NCBI GenBank assembly: GCA_038496445.1
Contig: JALMLS010000507.1
Location: 124,001-188,000 of the forward strand
Direction of reading: 5' to 3'
Source: Trichosphaerium sp. ATCC 40318
Lineage: Eukaryota; Protista; Tubulinea
DNA: 64,000 nt
A model generated the notes under the pieces. It was not told where the DNA came from. It did not search any database and saw nothing but the letters and a program-made list of their open reading frames with translations. Position 1 is the first letter of the stretch; each line of letters begins with the position of its first letter. The translations under genes were made by a program, and so were the position numbers. Of this stretch, positions 41,201-53,051 are shown piece after piece.

Positions 41201-42885
41201 CCAATACTAATGTATGAATTAGATGGTTAATGGACAAGCTAACGAAACTGTTGAGTCCTTTATGACACCAGAAATAATAGCTGCACATACAAACGGAGAC
41301 ACTTTTGATTACGTCATCGAGTTCAATATCACTGAACAGTCCCATGTTGATGTTGAGTTATCTTACAATGGCATGACCAATGCCTTCTATCTGGAACTCG
41401 AGGGTGGCCTGCGTGTACGTAGATCTATTATCTATGAGTAGTTGGTCTAACAATCAAGTTTCCTGTTCTCAGTTTTTTCTTAATAATTGGTTAACATGAG
41501 TTGACTTTTTTTGTAGGATTTACCTAAGGGTCTATTCTCTGAGGAAGCCACAAGTGGCGCTGGAGTGTTCACTACTACTCAAGAGATCGGACAAGAATTG
41601 TATTCACCTGGATTATACAAGGTTCATATCAAGCAAGATTCTTTTAATATGGACTTGGGTACTACACCACGTGTTTGCTTCCCATTCTATTGGTACGAAA
41701 ATCATACAATGGTCTTCTTCGTTGAATACTACGCTTTAACAATCATTCACTTGTATTTCAGGAGCATTGCTGTTTCAGCTCTCTCAAGTGCTACTCCTAC
41801 TATTGAGCAAGTTCTTCCTCCAGCAGGTGAACAACTCGATCCTACGGAACCTATCACGCTAGAGGTTATACTTTCTAATTCTCCATACACGACAGCCGGT
41901 GAACAGATCACAAGAAGAGCCCACTATGATACTATTGTTGCTGCATTTTCTCTTGAATCAAGAGAGCTCCACAGCCATAAGATCAAACCTACGATCGTAC
42001 CAGCTGCTTTCACTGGAGAGGATGATTTTACTGTATGGCATCTCCTCTTTGTACCACCTACATCTACTGGATTCGTGGAAGGGCACACCTACGAGTTGAG
42101 CTTAGATGCACATCATATACAGAGCGAGGCTGGCAAGGAATTCGTTCTCCAAGCGGTAAGCACAACTTTTGTTTATTTTATTTTCTGAGAATTTCTCTCG
42201 CTTAACTTTTTACTTTAGGGTCAACACATCTATAGCATGCGCAGTGGTACTGTTCCACCTGTACCTACAGCATCACCAACAGGTGTTGCACCTACTCCTA
42301 TTGCTCCTGCCGCAACACTAACGCCTACACCTCCACAAGCGCCAATTGAGCCTAACACGCCAACCGCTAGTGGTGGCATGACCATGTGGATTATTGTACG
42401 TGATTTTAAATTTTGGCTGTTTCTTTTTTTATTAGTGAACGCCAATTAACTGTTTGCTGTAGATTATCAGTGCTGTCATTGGTGCCTTGATTTTCATTGC
42501 TGCTGCTATCTACTGTTGTCGTCGTTGTACTACTCCTACACCAGCTGTTCAACTTGGTAAGGATGAAGAAACAGTAGAGATGCTTCAACGTATGAAAGAT
42601 AAAGAACAGAACACTGAACTTGAAGGTGAAGTAGGTAGTGTTGTTGAAGGATCAGGTACGATATATAATCTTACTGCAGAGGTTTTTTTGTTGGTTCTTA
42701 CTTTGAGTTTTTTAGCGATGAAATTAGAGTTCGGTGACGATGATGATGATAAACCTATACCGTTACTTGATGATGATGATGATGACTCGATTGAGGGACC
42801 TCCTCCTGATGTAAGTCTTATTTCATTGGATGGCGGAGACGATGATGATGATAACCTTGATGATTTTGATCCAAGAAACGACTAA
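29210..42885 (+). CDS. Giant (~50 exons, >3000 aa) type I membrane protein: 10 tandem beta-rich modules, two Ig-like domains, central laminin-type EGF, acidic cytoplasmic tail
   Basis: Signal peptide MRRFLILLTLIALGSVNA. A recurring C..LP..LN..G(Y/F)..H..F / DIDL / YDFL module is present. EGF repeats CQCSGHGQC..CNCNIGYSGDNCDSCDQGY lie at ~35500-35890. These are followed by a Pro/Thr stalk, TM IISAVIGALIFIAAAIYCC and an Asp-rich tail ending DDFDPRND*. Confidence 0.85.
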
Positions 42886-43576
42886 AAAAAAAAACCAAAA
42901 CCCAAAAACAAACATTTAATTTTCAGACCCTTTTTTTGGAATTATTGTAAAAAGAAGGAAAAAAATGGGTCCCTTGGTTTGTTTAGGTAACTCTGCAAAA
43001 CATTTATTGTATGTGCCTATTTTTTGAGCCAAGAAATTAATAAAATTGTAAATTCCAAAAAAATTCTGAGAATATTGATGCACCAAAGAGCATCGTGTTG
43101 TTCATGCTTTTGAAAATGATGCTTCCTCCTAGTCGATACGCCCTCAAGGGGCAGTACATATCAATGGTAAAATTTGAAAGGAAGACACGCCAACTAAAGT
43201 GTTAATTTATGTTGGTTGATGGTAAACAGCTTGGTAAAAGTAAAGGATGGTGTAAAGCTAAAGTAGGATTTTGCAAATTAGATACGAAAGTTGACTTCGC
43301 TCAATTTTGTTGGTAAATCTAGTTATTAATAAAGTGAGTCTTTTAAAAGATAGCTTAACCCTAAAATAACGTAGTGCAATTTCAAGTCAAAGCCTTGCTA
43401 CTGCATTCACGTGCCATGAATTAGCACGTGTGTGCTGTTACATAGTTATAAACGTTCTAAATCTTTGTGCGGGGAAGAAAAACACTGGGTGTTACGGAGC
43501 GAAAGACAAAAGTCAGAGGACCAAGGTTTTATTTATAACCAAATTGTTAACATAAACAATGAGGAAGTATCACATA

Positions 43577-46500
43577 TCAATTGGTACTACTAGTTGAAAG
43601 GCGAGCGTGCAAGCTTTGAATTTCAGTTTGTAAACTGTGATTTTCAACCTCCAGTTTTTTAATCTTCTTCTTCAAATCAGGTTCTTTGCGGCTGTCAAAA
43701 GCACCTAAATCAAGCGAATGTTGCCTAACGTCATTAACTCACAAATGAGTACACACAAAGTACGTACTGTTGAGACCTGAGAGGTACGTCATTGCCAAAG
43801 AAAATGACATACAACTTTGGCGCAAAGATAACAGCAAGAGTCACTAAAAGACAAGATTTAGTAATTACGTTCAAAGTTGTTTGTGATGTACCTGTTGTAC
43901 TTATCCAAATTGCAACTGAGAAAAGAATACTGACACTCCTGAGAAGTGATAGTGACGTAATGGCGTATCCCAAACCAACAAGTATCAGCGCCCATACAAA
44001 CATATCATAAATAGCTGCTCCCAACCAACGTGATTCATTATAAATACTTGGAGCCTTACGGACTGCAAACGCAAGATATGAACCAACAATCAATATTATT
44101 CCCTACCACAATTGTTTAATAGAATGAAGTACCAATAGCTTGCGTACATTATAGACAATAGTGATAATCAGAAATACGCTAGCATATCTACTCTTGCAGT
44201 GCGCAACTTGAAAGCTGCTATCGCCTGGATCTGTTGTGTGCCTGAGCCGGTTTGGAGACATTACTGACCACATAATTAAAGCAACCTTAACAAGTTTAAG
44301 GATAAACAAAAGTAACAAAAGCGAAACAAACAAAAGCAAGGCATAAGGATACTATCTGACCGCTTATTAATGCAGCTGTTAGTTTAACAACATCTATTAG
44401 AGGCACTGCAACAACATGAGTTGGACATTTCTTGAGGGTGTTAAATATTCTGTGAATTCTGTAAGTTTTCGCCACAAGCGGCCTTAAAGTTGTGGTTAGT
44501 AGTTCAAACATATTGTAGTTGTACTGAAATAAAGCGTACGCCATAGTAGTAATAAATCCCATCAATGGAATCCATATCCGCAACTCACAGATAACATCAG
44601 ATATAGGAGCACTCCTTTATTGAGTTAGTACAACTTCATAGTACTACTGCCATACCAAACAATTGTGCCACAATACAACAAATATATACCAACAAGGATA
44701 ACCACAAGTAGTTCTGGTGTTGATGCCGTCAATATTGGTGAAGATTTCCTATTCAAACGTTAGTTAGTGTTGTTGAGAAAATACGATTTTAATGACATAC
44801 CAAAAGAATAATACAACAGCGACTACAGACAAAGTTAAAAGCAATCCAAAGCACCCAACTGATATTCCTATTATAGTTGCAGCATCACTCCACCTCCAAA
44901 CCCTTAAGGTTTGTTCTCTTTCCACCATTTGAATTGACACGGAACTATTTGAAAATACAAATGCTGGGGAAAATGGAAAAGTACCACTGTATTGGCGCTC
45001 AACAATCATGGTTCCATTAAATATAACACTTGACCCTTTAGAGAATTTCATCAAAGGGAATATGTCAAACAGGTGAACGCATGTTGAAGTAGGTATTGAT
45101 ATGAACAGTGTACCCACTAAACAAAAATAAATCAGGGCTGTAAAATACAAACTTACTAATAGTAATATTTGATTCAGTGATGGCCAAATAAGACTTGCCC
45201 AGTGTAATATTGAACCTGCTTTGAGAGCTAATAAGAATATCTGTAGAGTTTAGGCTTACACGTCCCTACATATTTGTAAGCAAGTTAACATGACCATACA
45301 CTTACGTCAACAACTAATGTCGAGTTTTGAAGCATTTCCAAAAAACTGTCTTGCCCATGAACAAACATCTCTGGTGCAATTCTCAAAGTGCCATATTCGA
45401 GGGTAACAATAGTAGTATGAGGGATATATATTGTGCTTGATATTAAACTATGTATGCTAATTGATCCTATTTTTACAAGGTTAATAACGTGATCTTTCAA
45501 CTAAGAAATATACCTCTGTTTTCTATTCCTATGGAATCTATTATCATGCCAGAAACTGAGGAGGTGCAATTCCGTTTGAGTATGAGCTGTTTCTCGAGGT
45601 TAGAAGACGTTCCCTAAATTTAGAAGGATTAAGAAGTGCATGACTTTGTTTCAACAGCAGTACATAAATTCGTCCACTTTCAGCATTAAAACTCGAATAC
45701 ACTTCCAACACTCCATCCTTCGAAAAATTCAGAAAGCCGTTTTCAATTACCAGATGTTCGACAGTGTCTGATTGCTCTTTGATCCAATTTGAAAACAGTG
45801 GCATACGCAATGTGCTAAATACATTACCTGAACAATATGTCATTAAAACAGCTACAAATAGAAAAGGTACCTCCAGTAATCCGTGGGAACAAGTCATCAA
45901 AATCATCTGGATTGGTATTTTCGAACACGTTGTTTGATACTGTAGTGTTTTTTAAATATCCGTTAGTTATTATATCATTTTCAAGACCACTATCGATTGA
46001 GATAGCTAGATTCTATCAGCGTTTATTATGGTATATGGTAGTACCTGATCCAGTATTGTTCTTGAATAAGTTATTTTCTACTGTAACATTACTTGTTATC
46101 AGTCTTAGTGCACCACCTCTATCATCAGCGGTGTTATTACTACAACTACATAAGCACTTTACAGTCATTTATTTTACCTGAAAGTGCACTCTTGCATTGA
46201 GGAACTGGTACTATTCCAGCTGAATAATCCACCACCATCATGAGCAATGTTATTACTACAACTGCATCAGCACTATTCATTCATTTTTTATACACTCAAT
46301 TATACCTGAAAGTGCAGCGTTGCACTAAGAAACTGCCCTCCCCGCTGTATAATCCACCACCAAAATCAGCGATGTTATTACTACATCTGCATCAGCGCTT
46401 TATAGTCATATATTTTACCTGAAAGTGCACTCTTGCATTGAGATGTCCCCGTTGTTGTGTAATCCACCACCATCATCATGAGCGATGTTATTACTACATC

Positions 46501-49500
46501 AGCATCAGCACTTTACATTCATTTATTTTACCTGAAAGTGCAGTCTTGCATTGAGAAACTGGTACTATGCTGACTGGATAATCCACCACCATCATCAGCG
46601 GTGTTATTACTACAACTACATAAGCACTATTCATTCGTTTTTTCTACACTCATTTATTTACCTGAAAGTGCAGACTTGCATTGAGAAACTGCAATTCCAA
46701 CTGTATAATCCACCACCATAATGGGCGATGTTATTACTACAACTGTGTCAGCACTTTACAGTCATTTATTTTACCTGAAAGTGCAGTCTTCCATTAAGAA
46801 ACTACCATCCTTACTGTATAATCCACCACCATCATTAGCAATGTTATTACTACAACTGCATCAGCGCTTTACAATCTTTTATTTTACCTGAAAGTGGAGT
46901 CTTCCATTGAGAAACTGGTACTATGCTGACTGAATAATCCACCACCATCATCAGCGGTGTTATTACTACAACTGCATCAACACTATTCATTCATTTTTTA
47001 TACGCTCATTTATTTACCTGAAAGTGCAGTTGTGGATTGAGTAACTGTCTTTGTAGCTGTATAATCCACCACCAAAATCAGCAGTGTTATTACTACATCT
47101 GCATCAGCGCTTTACAATCTTTTATTTTACCTGAAAGTGCAGTCTTCCATTGAGAAACTGGTACTATGCTGACTGGATAATCCACCACCATCATCAGCGG
47201 TGTTATTACTACAACTACATAAGCACTATTCATTCGTTTTTTCTACACTCATTTATTTACCTGAAAGTGCAGTTGTGGATTGAGTAACTGTCTTTGTAGC
47301 TGTATAATCCACCACCAAAATCAGCAGTGTTATTACTACATCTGCATCAGCGCTTTACATTCATTTATTTTACCTGAAAGTGCAGTCTTCCATTAAGAAA
47401 CTACCATCCTTACTGTATAATCCACCACCATCATTAGCAATGTTATTACTACAACTGCATCAGCGCTTTACAATCTTTTATTTTACCTGAAAGTGCAGTC
47501 TTCCATTGAGAAACTGGTACTATGCTGACTGAATAATCCACCACCATCATCATGAGCGATGTTATTACTACAACTGCATCAGCGCTTTACAGTCATTTAT
47601 TTTACCTGAAAGTGCACTCTTGCATTGAGATGTCCCCGTTGTTGTGTAATCCACCACCATCATCATGAGCGATGTTATTACTACAACTGCATAAGCGCTT
47701 TACAGTCATTTATTTTACCTGAAAGTGCAGTCTTCCATTGAGAACCTGGTATTGTACCAACTGTATAATCCACCACCATCATGAGCGATGTTATTACTAC
47801 ATCAGCATCAGCGCCTTATAGTCATCAATTTTACCTGAAAGTGCAGTCTTCCATTGAGGAACTGGTACTATGCTGACTGGATAATCCACCACCAAAATCA
47901 GCGGTGTTATTACTACAACTGCATCAACACTATTCATTCATTTTTTATACGCTCATTTATTTACCTGAAAGTGCAGTTGTGGATTGAGTAACTGTCTTTG
48001 TAGCTGTATAATCCACCACCAAAATCAGCAGTGTCTTTGTAGCTGTATAATCCATCACCAGCGATGTTATTACTACATCTGCATCAGTGCTTTACATTCA
48101 TTTATTTTACCTGAAAGTGCACTCTTCCATTGAGAACCTGGTATTGTACCAACTGAATAATCCACCACCATCATCATGAGCGATGTTATTACTACATCAG
48201 CATCAGCGCCTTATAGTCATCAATTTTACCTGAAAGTGCAGTCTTCCATTGAGAAACTGGTACTATGCCAACTGAATAATCCACCACCATCATCAGCGGT
48301 GTTATTACTACAACTACATAAGCACTATTCATTCGTTTTTTCTACACTCATTTATTTACCTGAAAGTGCAGTCTTGCATTGAGGAACTGGTACTTTCCAC
48401 ACTTAATAATCCACCACCATCATCACCAGCAATGTTATTACTACAACTGCATCAGCACTATTCATTCGTTTTTTATACACTCATTTATTTACCTAAAAGT
48501 GCAGCGGCGCACTGAGAAACTGCTAAACCCGCTGTATAATCCACCACCACCATAATTAGCGGTGTTATTACTACAACTGCATCAGCGCTTTACATTCATT
48601 TATTTTACCTGAAAGTGCAGTCTTCCATTGAGATGTCCCCGTCGTTGTGTAATCCACCACCATAACGAGCAATGTTATTACTACATCTGCATTAGCACTA
48701 TACACTCATTTATTTACCTGAAAGTGCAGCGGTGCACTGAGAAACTGCCATCCCCGCTGTATAATCCACCACCATCATAATGAGCGGTGTTATTACTACA
48801 TCAACATCAGCGCTTTACAGCCATTTATTTTACCTGAAAGTGCACTCTTGTATTAAGAAACTGCCATCCTTACTGTATAATCCACCACCAAAATAAGCGG
48901 TGTTATTACTACAACTGCATCAGCGCTTTACAATCTTGTTTTTACCTGAAAGTGCACTCTTGTATTGAGATGTCCCCATACACAAGCCATACTGCCCCAC
49001 CATTGGATGTAACTTGGTTGTTTGTAAATTTAGAACCTGAAATGTGTACTGTTGATTCGTTGCTTTGAGATGATTCAATTGCTAGAACAATTAGCTCTAA
49101 AAAAACACGTGGTAAACCTACCGATTCCTCCACCTAAATGTGCTGAACCAAATAAAAAGCTGCTATTCTTTACAATCACATTCACTGTTCCTTCGCCATA
49201 AATTTGCCCTTTAACAGTCAGCAACAATTTGTTTTGAAAGCAGCACCTTTGTACACGCGTCCATAGTTGAAGACGGAACTTTCAACAACTAGTGATGAGT
49301 TGAAAATGCTGACACTTGCTAAGTTTTTTTCAAAATGTACTCTAAAGAGTTATCAGTAAAACTACAAGTTCAATTTCCCTACCCTTTCAATGCCATAGAG
49401 CCTCCTTGATTTTGTATTATACTTGTAGTACGCTTGCAGTCGAAGCCGCACTTGTTTCGACGAAAAACACAGTCCCTACGATAGTACCAGTTAGAATAGT

Positions 49501-50624
49501 AATGGATACTAGAGGATGAAAAAGAAGGTCTTGACGAGATACATGTGAACGAAATAACAGTAACTACTCAAAAAACAATGCGTGGGTTTGCACTACAAAT
49601 TAGGGCGCATGTTCTATTTCTTTGAAATTCGTTCTTTTGGTGGCCTTTTGTACGACATTTTTGCAAAGAAAACAGCGTATTTTTAGTCAATCATGGCTAA
49701 TCAATATCGCGAAAAGTAGTGCAAACCCCGTTAGCTATTCAACTAAAAAAACTGCTTTGCTGTACGCCTGTGTCCCTTGCTATAAGTTCTTTAAATATTT
49801 AAAAACGTAGCTGTTCCTAAAATCGGCAAACCGAACATCAAAAAGCGTAAGCGAAGGGTTACCCTGGTAGTCCTAAGAAACTTACAAGAGCAGGCTTAGG
49901 TTTTCTACGAATAAAGCCACGTGTTTGGTAAAAAAAAAACTCAATTACTTTGCAGTTTTTGCTGTACCTAACGTCAACGTGCCCACCTCGTATTGTAATT
50001 ACCGAAGCGATATCACTCCCATCGTTACACTAAAGCGGAGTGTTAATATTATTAAAGTCAGCGTTAATTGTATGTTGTACGTTAAACCAAGGACACTCCA
50101 TCTGTGAAATTATAAGGTTTGAGAGTGTAATGTTAACACCAAAAGTCTGAATAAAGTAATTCGAATGTCCACCGTCAATAATAGTTTCGAAATCACCGCT
50201 TCCTATTACGCGTTTTAATACAAAAGCTGGGTACTTTAGTGCGTTGAAGCAAAACCATAAACGTACCTTCAATCGTAATTTTGGACAGATTCAGAACACT
50301 CCACGTGAGGTTGGTATTGTTGTAGCCTTGTACAAAACTATTTAATGATTGAAAACTGTTCTGTCTTACCCACATACACTCCAGCACCAAGCTTTATCAC
50401 GTCATCAGATATCGCCTCAGAAAACAAGGCATATCTCAAGGATTTACATGGATTCAAACGACTACAGTCGCCATCATCTATACCTACAATAGTACCGTTA
50501 AATACACTCTGCTGAACAAGGAATTAAATTAATCCTTACCGTTGGTGGCCACATGAAGTACTGCACATTGGTGAAGGGATACCATTGCCGCTAATACGAA
50601 TAATGAAAGGTAACGTGTTGCCAT
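43577..50624 (-). CDS. Class C (GABA-B/Grl-like) GPCR with beta-helix (Pmp/pectin-lyase-like) ectodomain, copy 1 (23 cassette exons)
   Basis: MATRYLSLFVLAAM..LHVATNG.DDGDC..NPCKSL cap, then GGxx / FxNN rungs. The 7TM region has the class C motifs CELRIW, AKTYRIHRIFN, NESRWLGAAIYD and IFAPKLY. The tail is a coiled coil (LKKKIKKLEVENHSLQTEIQSL), with TGA at 43577-43579. Confidence 0.88.
46178..48908 (-). repeat. Tandem exon+intron array, 23 units of ~110-145 bp
   Basis: Each unit reads tag|T AAT AAC..GGT GGT GGA TTA..ACT TTY AG|gta(a/t)a. Exons are 72-108 nt and all multiples of 3. Introns are ~34-55 nt in a few recurring types. Confidence 0.95.
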
Positions 50625-51526
50625 ATCTTTTGGAAATAGTTACAAAGGATACTGCAAGAAACTGCAAAATAATTGTGATACACAATACAACACGTTAGTA
50701 TTCACATAAACACAAAAAACGGTTCGAACAAGTTCGATATTTTGTTCGAAGCATGCTGCCTTTTCAAATAATGTATAACATGCCAGAAAAAACAAAATAT
50801 GAAATATCTGTTTGAGGTAAGAAATTTCATTCTTTTCGTGGCACAAAAGTGTTCCAATAAACAAAATTTATTGTTACATAGTGGTACAGTAGCTGTCACC
50901 AGCGTACCTTTTTGTGACTTTCGAAACTTCTTTGTCAGATAGCTACAAGATTTATTTTCAAAAGTTTATAGTACGCACAATTCATACCATTACGCGGTTT
51001 GTTTTTGTCGGAGTAATAAAGTGAGGAGGGGCAGTACCAAGTTAATAACATTGTACACGCATATAGGGAACGCCATATAGTCAAATACTGTTTATGTTTT
51101 GGCTGAACCAATATTGGTTTGTCACGAAGAACTGAGCGCCAAACTTACTGTGATTATGTAAATCGCAACAGTAAATATAACGGAAAGGAAGCCAAAGGAC
51201 CATCACAGCATTAGCGAATCTAGTAGTATTGACGCAATTGAGTTGTTAGACGTACCAATGGGAGATACTTGCTCATTTACTTGAGTTTGTGGATGGTTCC
51301 GATCAATTTAACAAAGTTGTAGAGTATTATCCAACATTATACACTATCACGTTGGACGCAGTTGTATCTTGTTAAATTGACATCGCATTTTAAGTCTTTC
51401 AGGAAGTCATCTTCTCACAAACACCATCATATCTTTTTTGTCCTTCCTGGAAGCAACAGACAAAGATCTTTCTCTTCTTTCTGGTGTTCAAGCGCTATTC
51501 TTTTCTTGTAATTCAACGGATGGAGT

Positions 51527-51821
51527 GGGCAGCATCGTTTTTGAGACAGTTTCAGAAATTCCGACATTTTTTGAAAAAGTTTGTTTTGAAAAAAATTGCT
51601 TTGACTGTTGCTACTTTTCCTCCGCACAGCACCAACGAATCGCAAAATGGTTTTTAAGCCTATAAGTATAGAATACTGGTTAAATGTTCATAATAACAAT
51701 TTTTGGTTAAGATGGTTCTGAGGTGAGTAAAAACGTATCAAAGATTCTCGAAATGCTGTAAATATCAAAAATCAAAAATGTCGTAATTTTCGAAACTGTC
51801 TCAAAAGCGATGCTGCCCCAC
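51527..51821. mobile_element. MITE-like element, copy A (~295 bp)
   Basis: Terminal inverted repeats ggcagcatcgyttttgagacagtttc / gaaactgtctcaaaagcgatgctgcc. It interrupts the relic exon sequence ATGGAGTG^TCCTTGG. Confidence 0.85.
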
Positions 51822-52757
51822 AGTGTCCTTGGTTTAACGTACAATCTCAGCTGAGTTTTAACAACTTAATTAAAACCCTTTTAGTGTGACAATGGCAGTG
51901 CTATTTTTTTTTTTGTACTCGTCGGAAATTTGTCACTTGCTTCCGTGAAACATATCAAACCGGTGAATGCTCTTAAAGGTTACTTAAGACTGCTATAACC
52001 CTTAAATTATGTTCACGATTTTATCACAAAAGAGCTGTTTCAATTGAGGTAATAGCTAAAATTTGCCACTTATTGTTGTGTATTGAGTAGCACTGCTGCT
52101 TATTAAATATTTAAAGCACCTATAACAAGGGCACAGGCGTAAGTACATTTAGAAGTTTTGAAAAGGCTATAGTCTACGTTTGTGCTCAGTCTTATTTATG
52201 TTTTGAGCAAATGTAGTTTCTATGAATACATTGTCGTTTTCGTCAAAATAAATGTGGAAACTGCACATATATACCATAGAACAATTCCAAGTATACATGC
52301 TCTAGGAGATCTACGTTGTTAAGAAGGTTTGGAATACTTTTACACTTGTGCTAAATTAGTCGTCAGAGTACATTTTGAAAGAAACTCAGCAAGTGTCAGC
52401 AATTTCCACTCTGAAGTAGTTGTTGAAAGTTTTGTATTCGAACATGAGCACAAAGGTGCTACTTTCAAAATAGACTATAGTGACAGCAATAGGGCAACTT
52501 TGTGGAGAAGGAAAAGTGAACGTGATTGTACAGGATAGTGTGTTTTTATTCGGTTCAGCAAATATAGGTGGGGGTGATAGGTAAGTTAAAAGAATTTTGT
52601 AGAGTTAATAGTTTCTAGCAATTGAATCATCTCAAAGGCTCGAATCAACTGTGCACATTTCAAGTTCTAAATTCGCACACAACAAAGCTACATCTTATGG
52701 TGGGGAGTGAGGCTTCTTTATGTGGAGATTGAGATACAAAACTGCACTTTCAGGTAT

Positions 52758-53051
52758 GTGGGGCAGCATCGCTTTTGAGACAGTTTCGAAAATTACAACA
52801 TTTTTGATTTTTGATGTTTACGGCATTTCGAGAATCTTTGAGACGTTTTTACTCACCTCAGAACCGTCTTAACCAAAAATTGTTATTATGAACTTTTAGC
52901 TAGTATTCTATAATTATAAGTTTAAAAACCATTTTGCGATTCGTTCGTGCTGTGCGGAGGAAAAGTAGCGACAGTCAAAGCAATTTTTTTCAAAACAAAC
53001 TTTTTCAAAAAATTTCGGAATTTCTGAAACTGTCTCAAAAGCGATGCTGCC
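52758..53051. mobile_element. MITE-like element, copy B (inverted relative to A)
   Basis: Same ~26-bp TIRs. The interior is the near-identical reverse complement of copy A. Confidence 0.85.

Noticed and set aside
46140-48950. CRISPR-like appearance (conserved repeats alternating with variable spacers)
   Set aside because: The context is eukaryotic with no cas genes. The conserved parts are splice junctions and framework codons, and the variable parts are in-frame, recurrent loops.
50488-50540. Apparent frameshift/stop in GPCR copy 1 relative to ORF 59065-59283
   Set aside because: The extra base lies inside the first intron (GTAAGG..ATTGTAG). The spliced frame LHVATNG-(I/T)DDGDC is intact.
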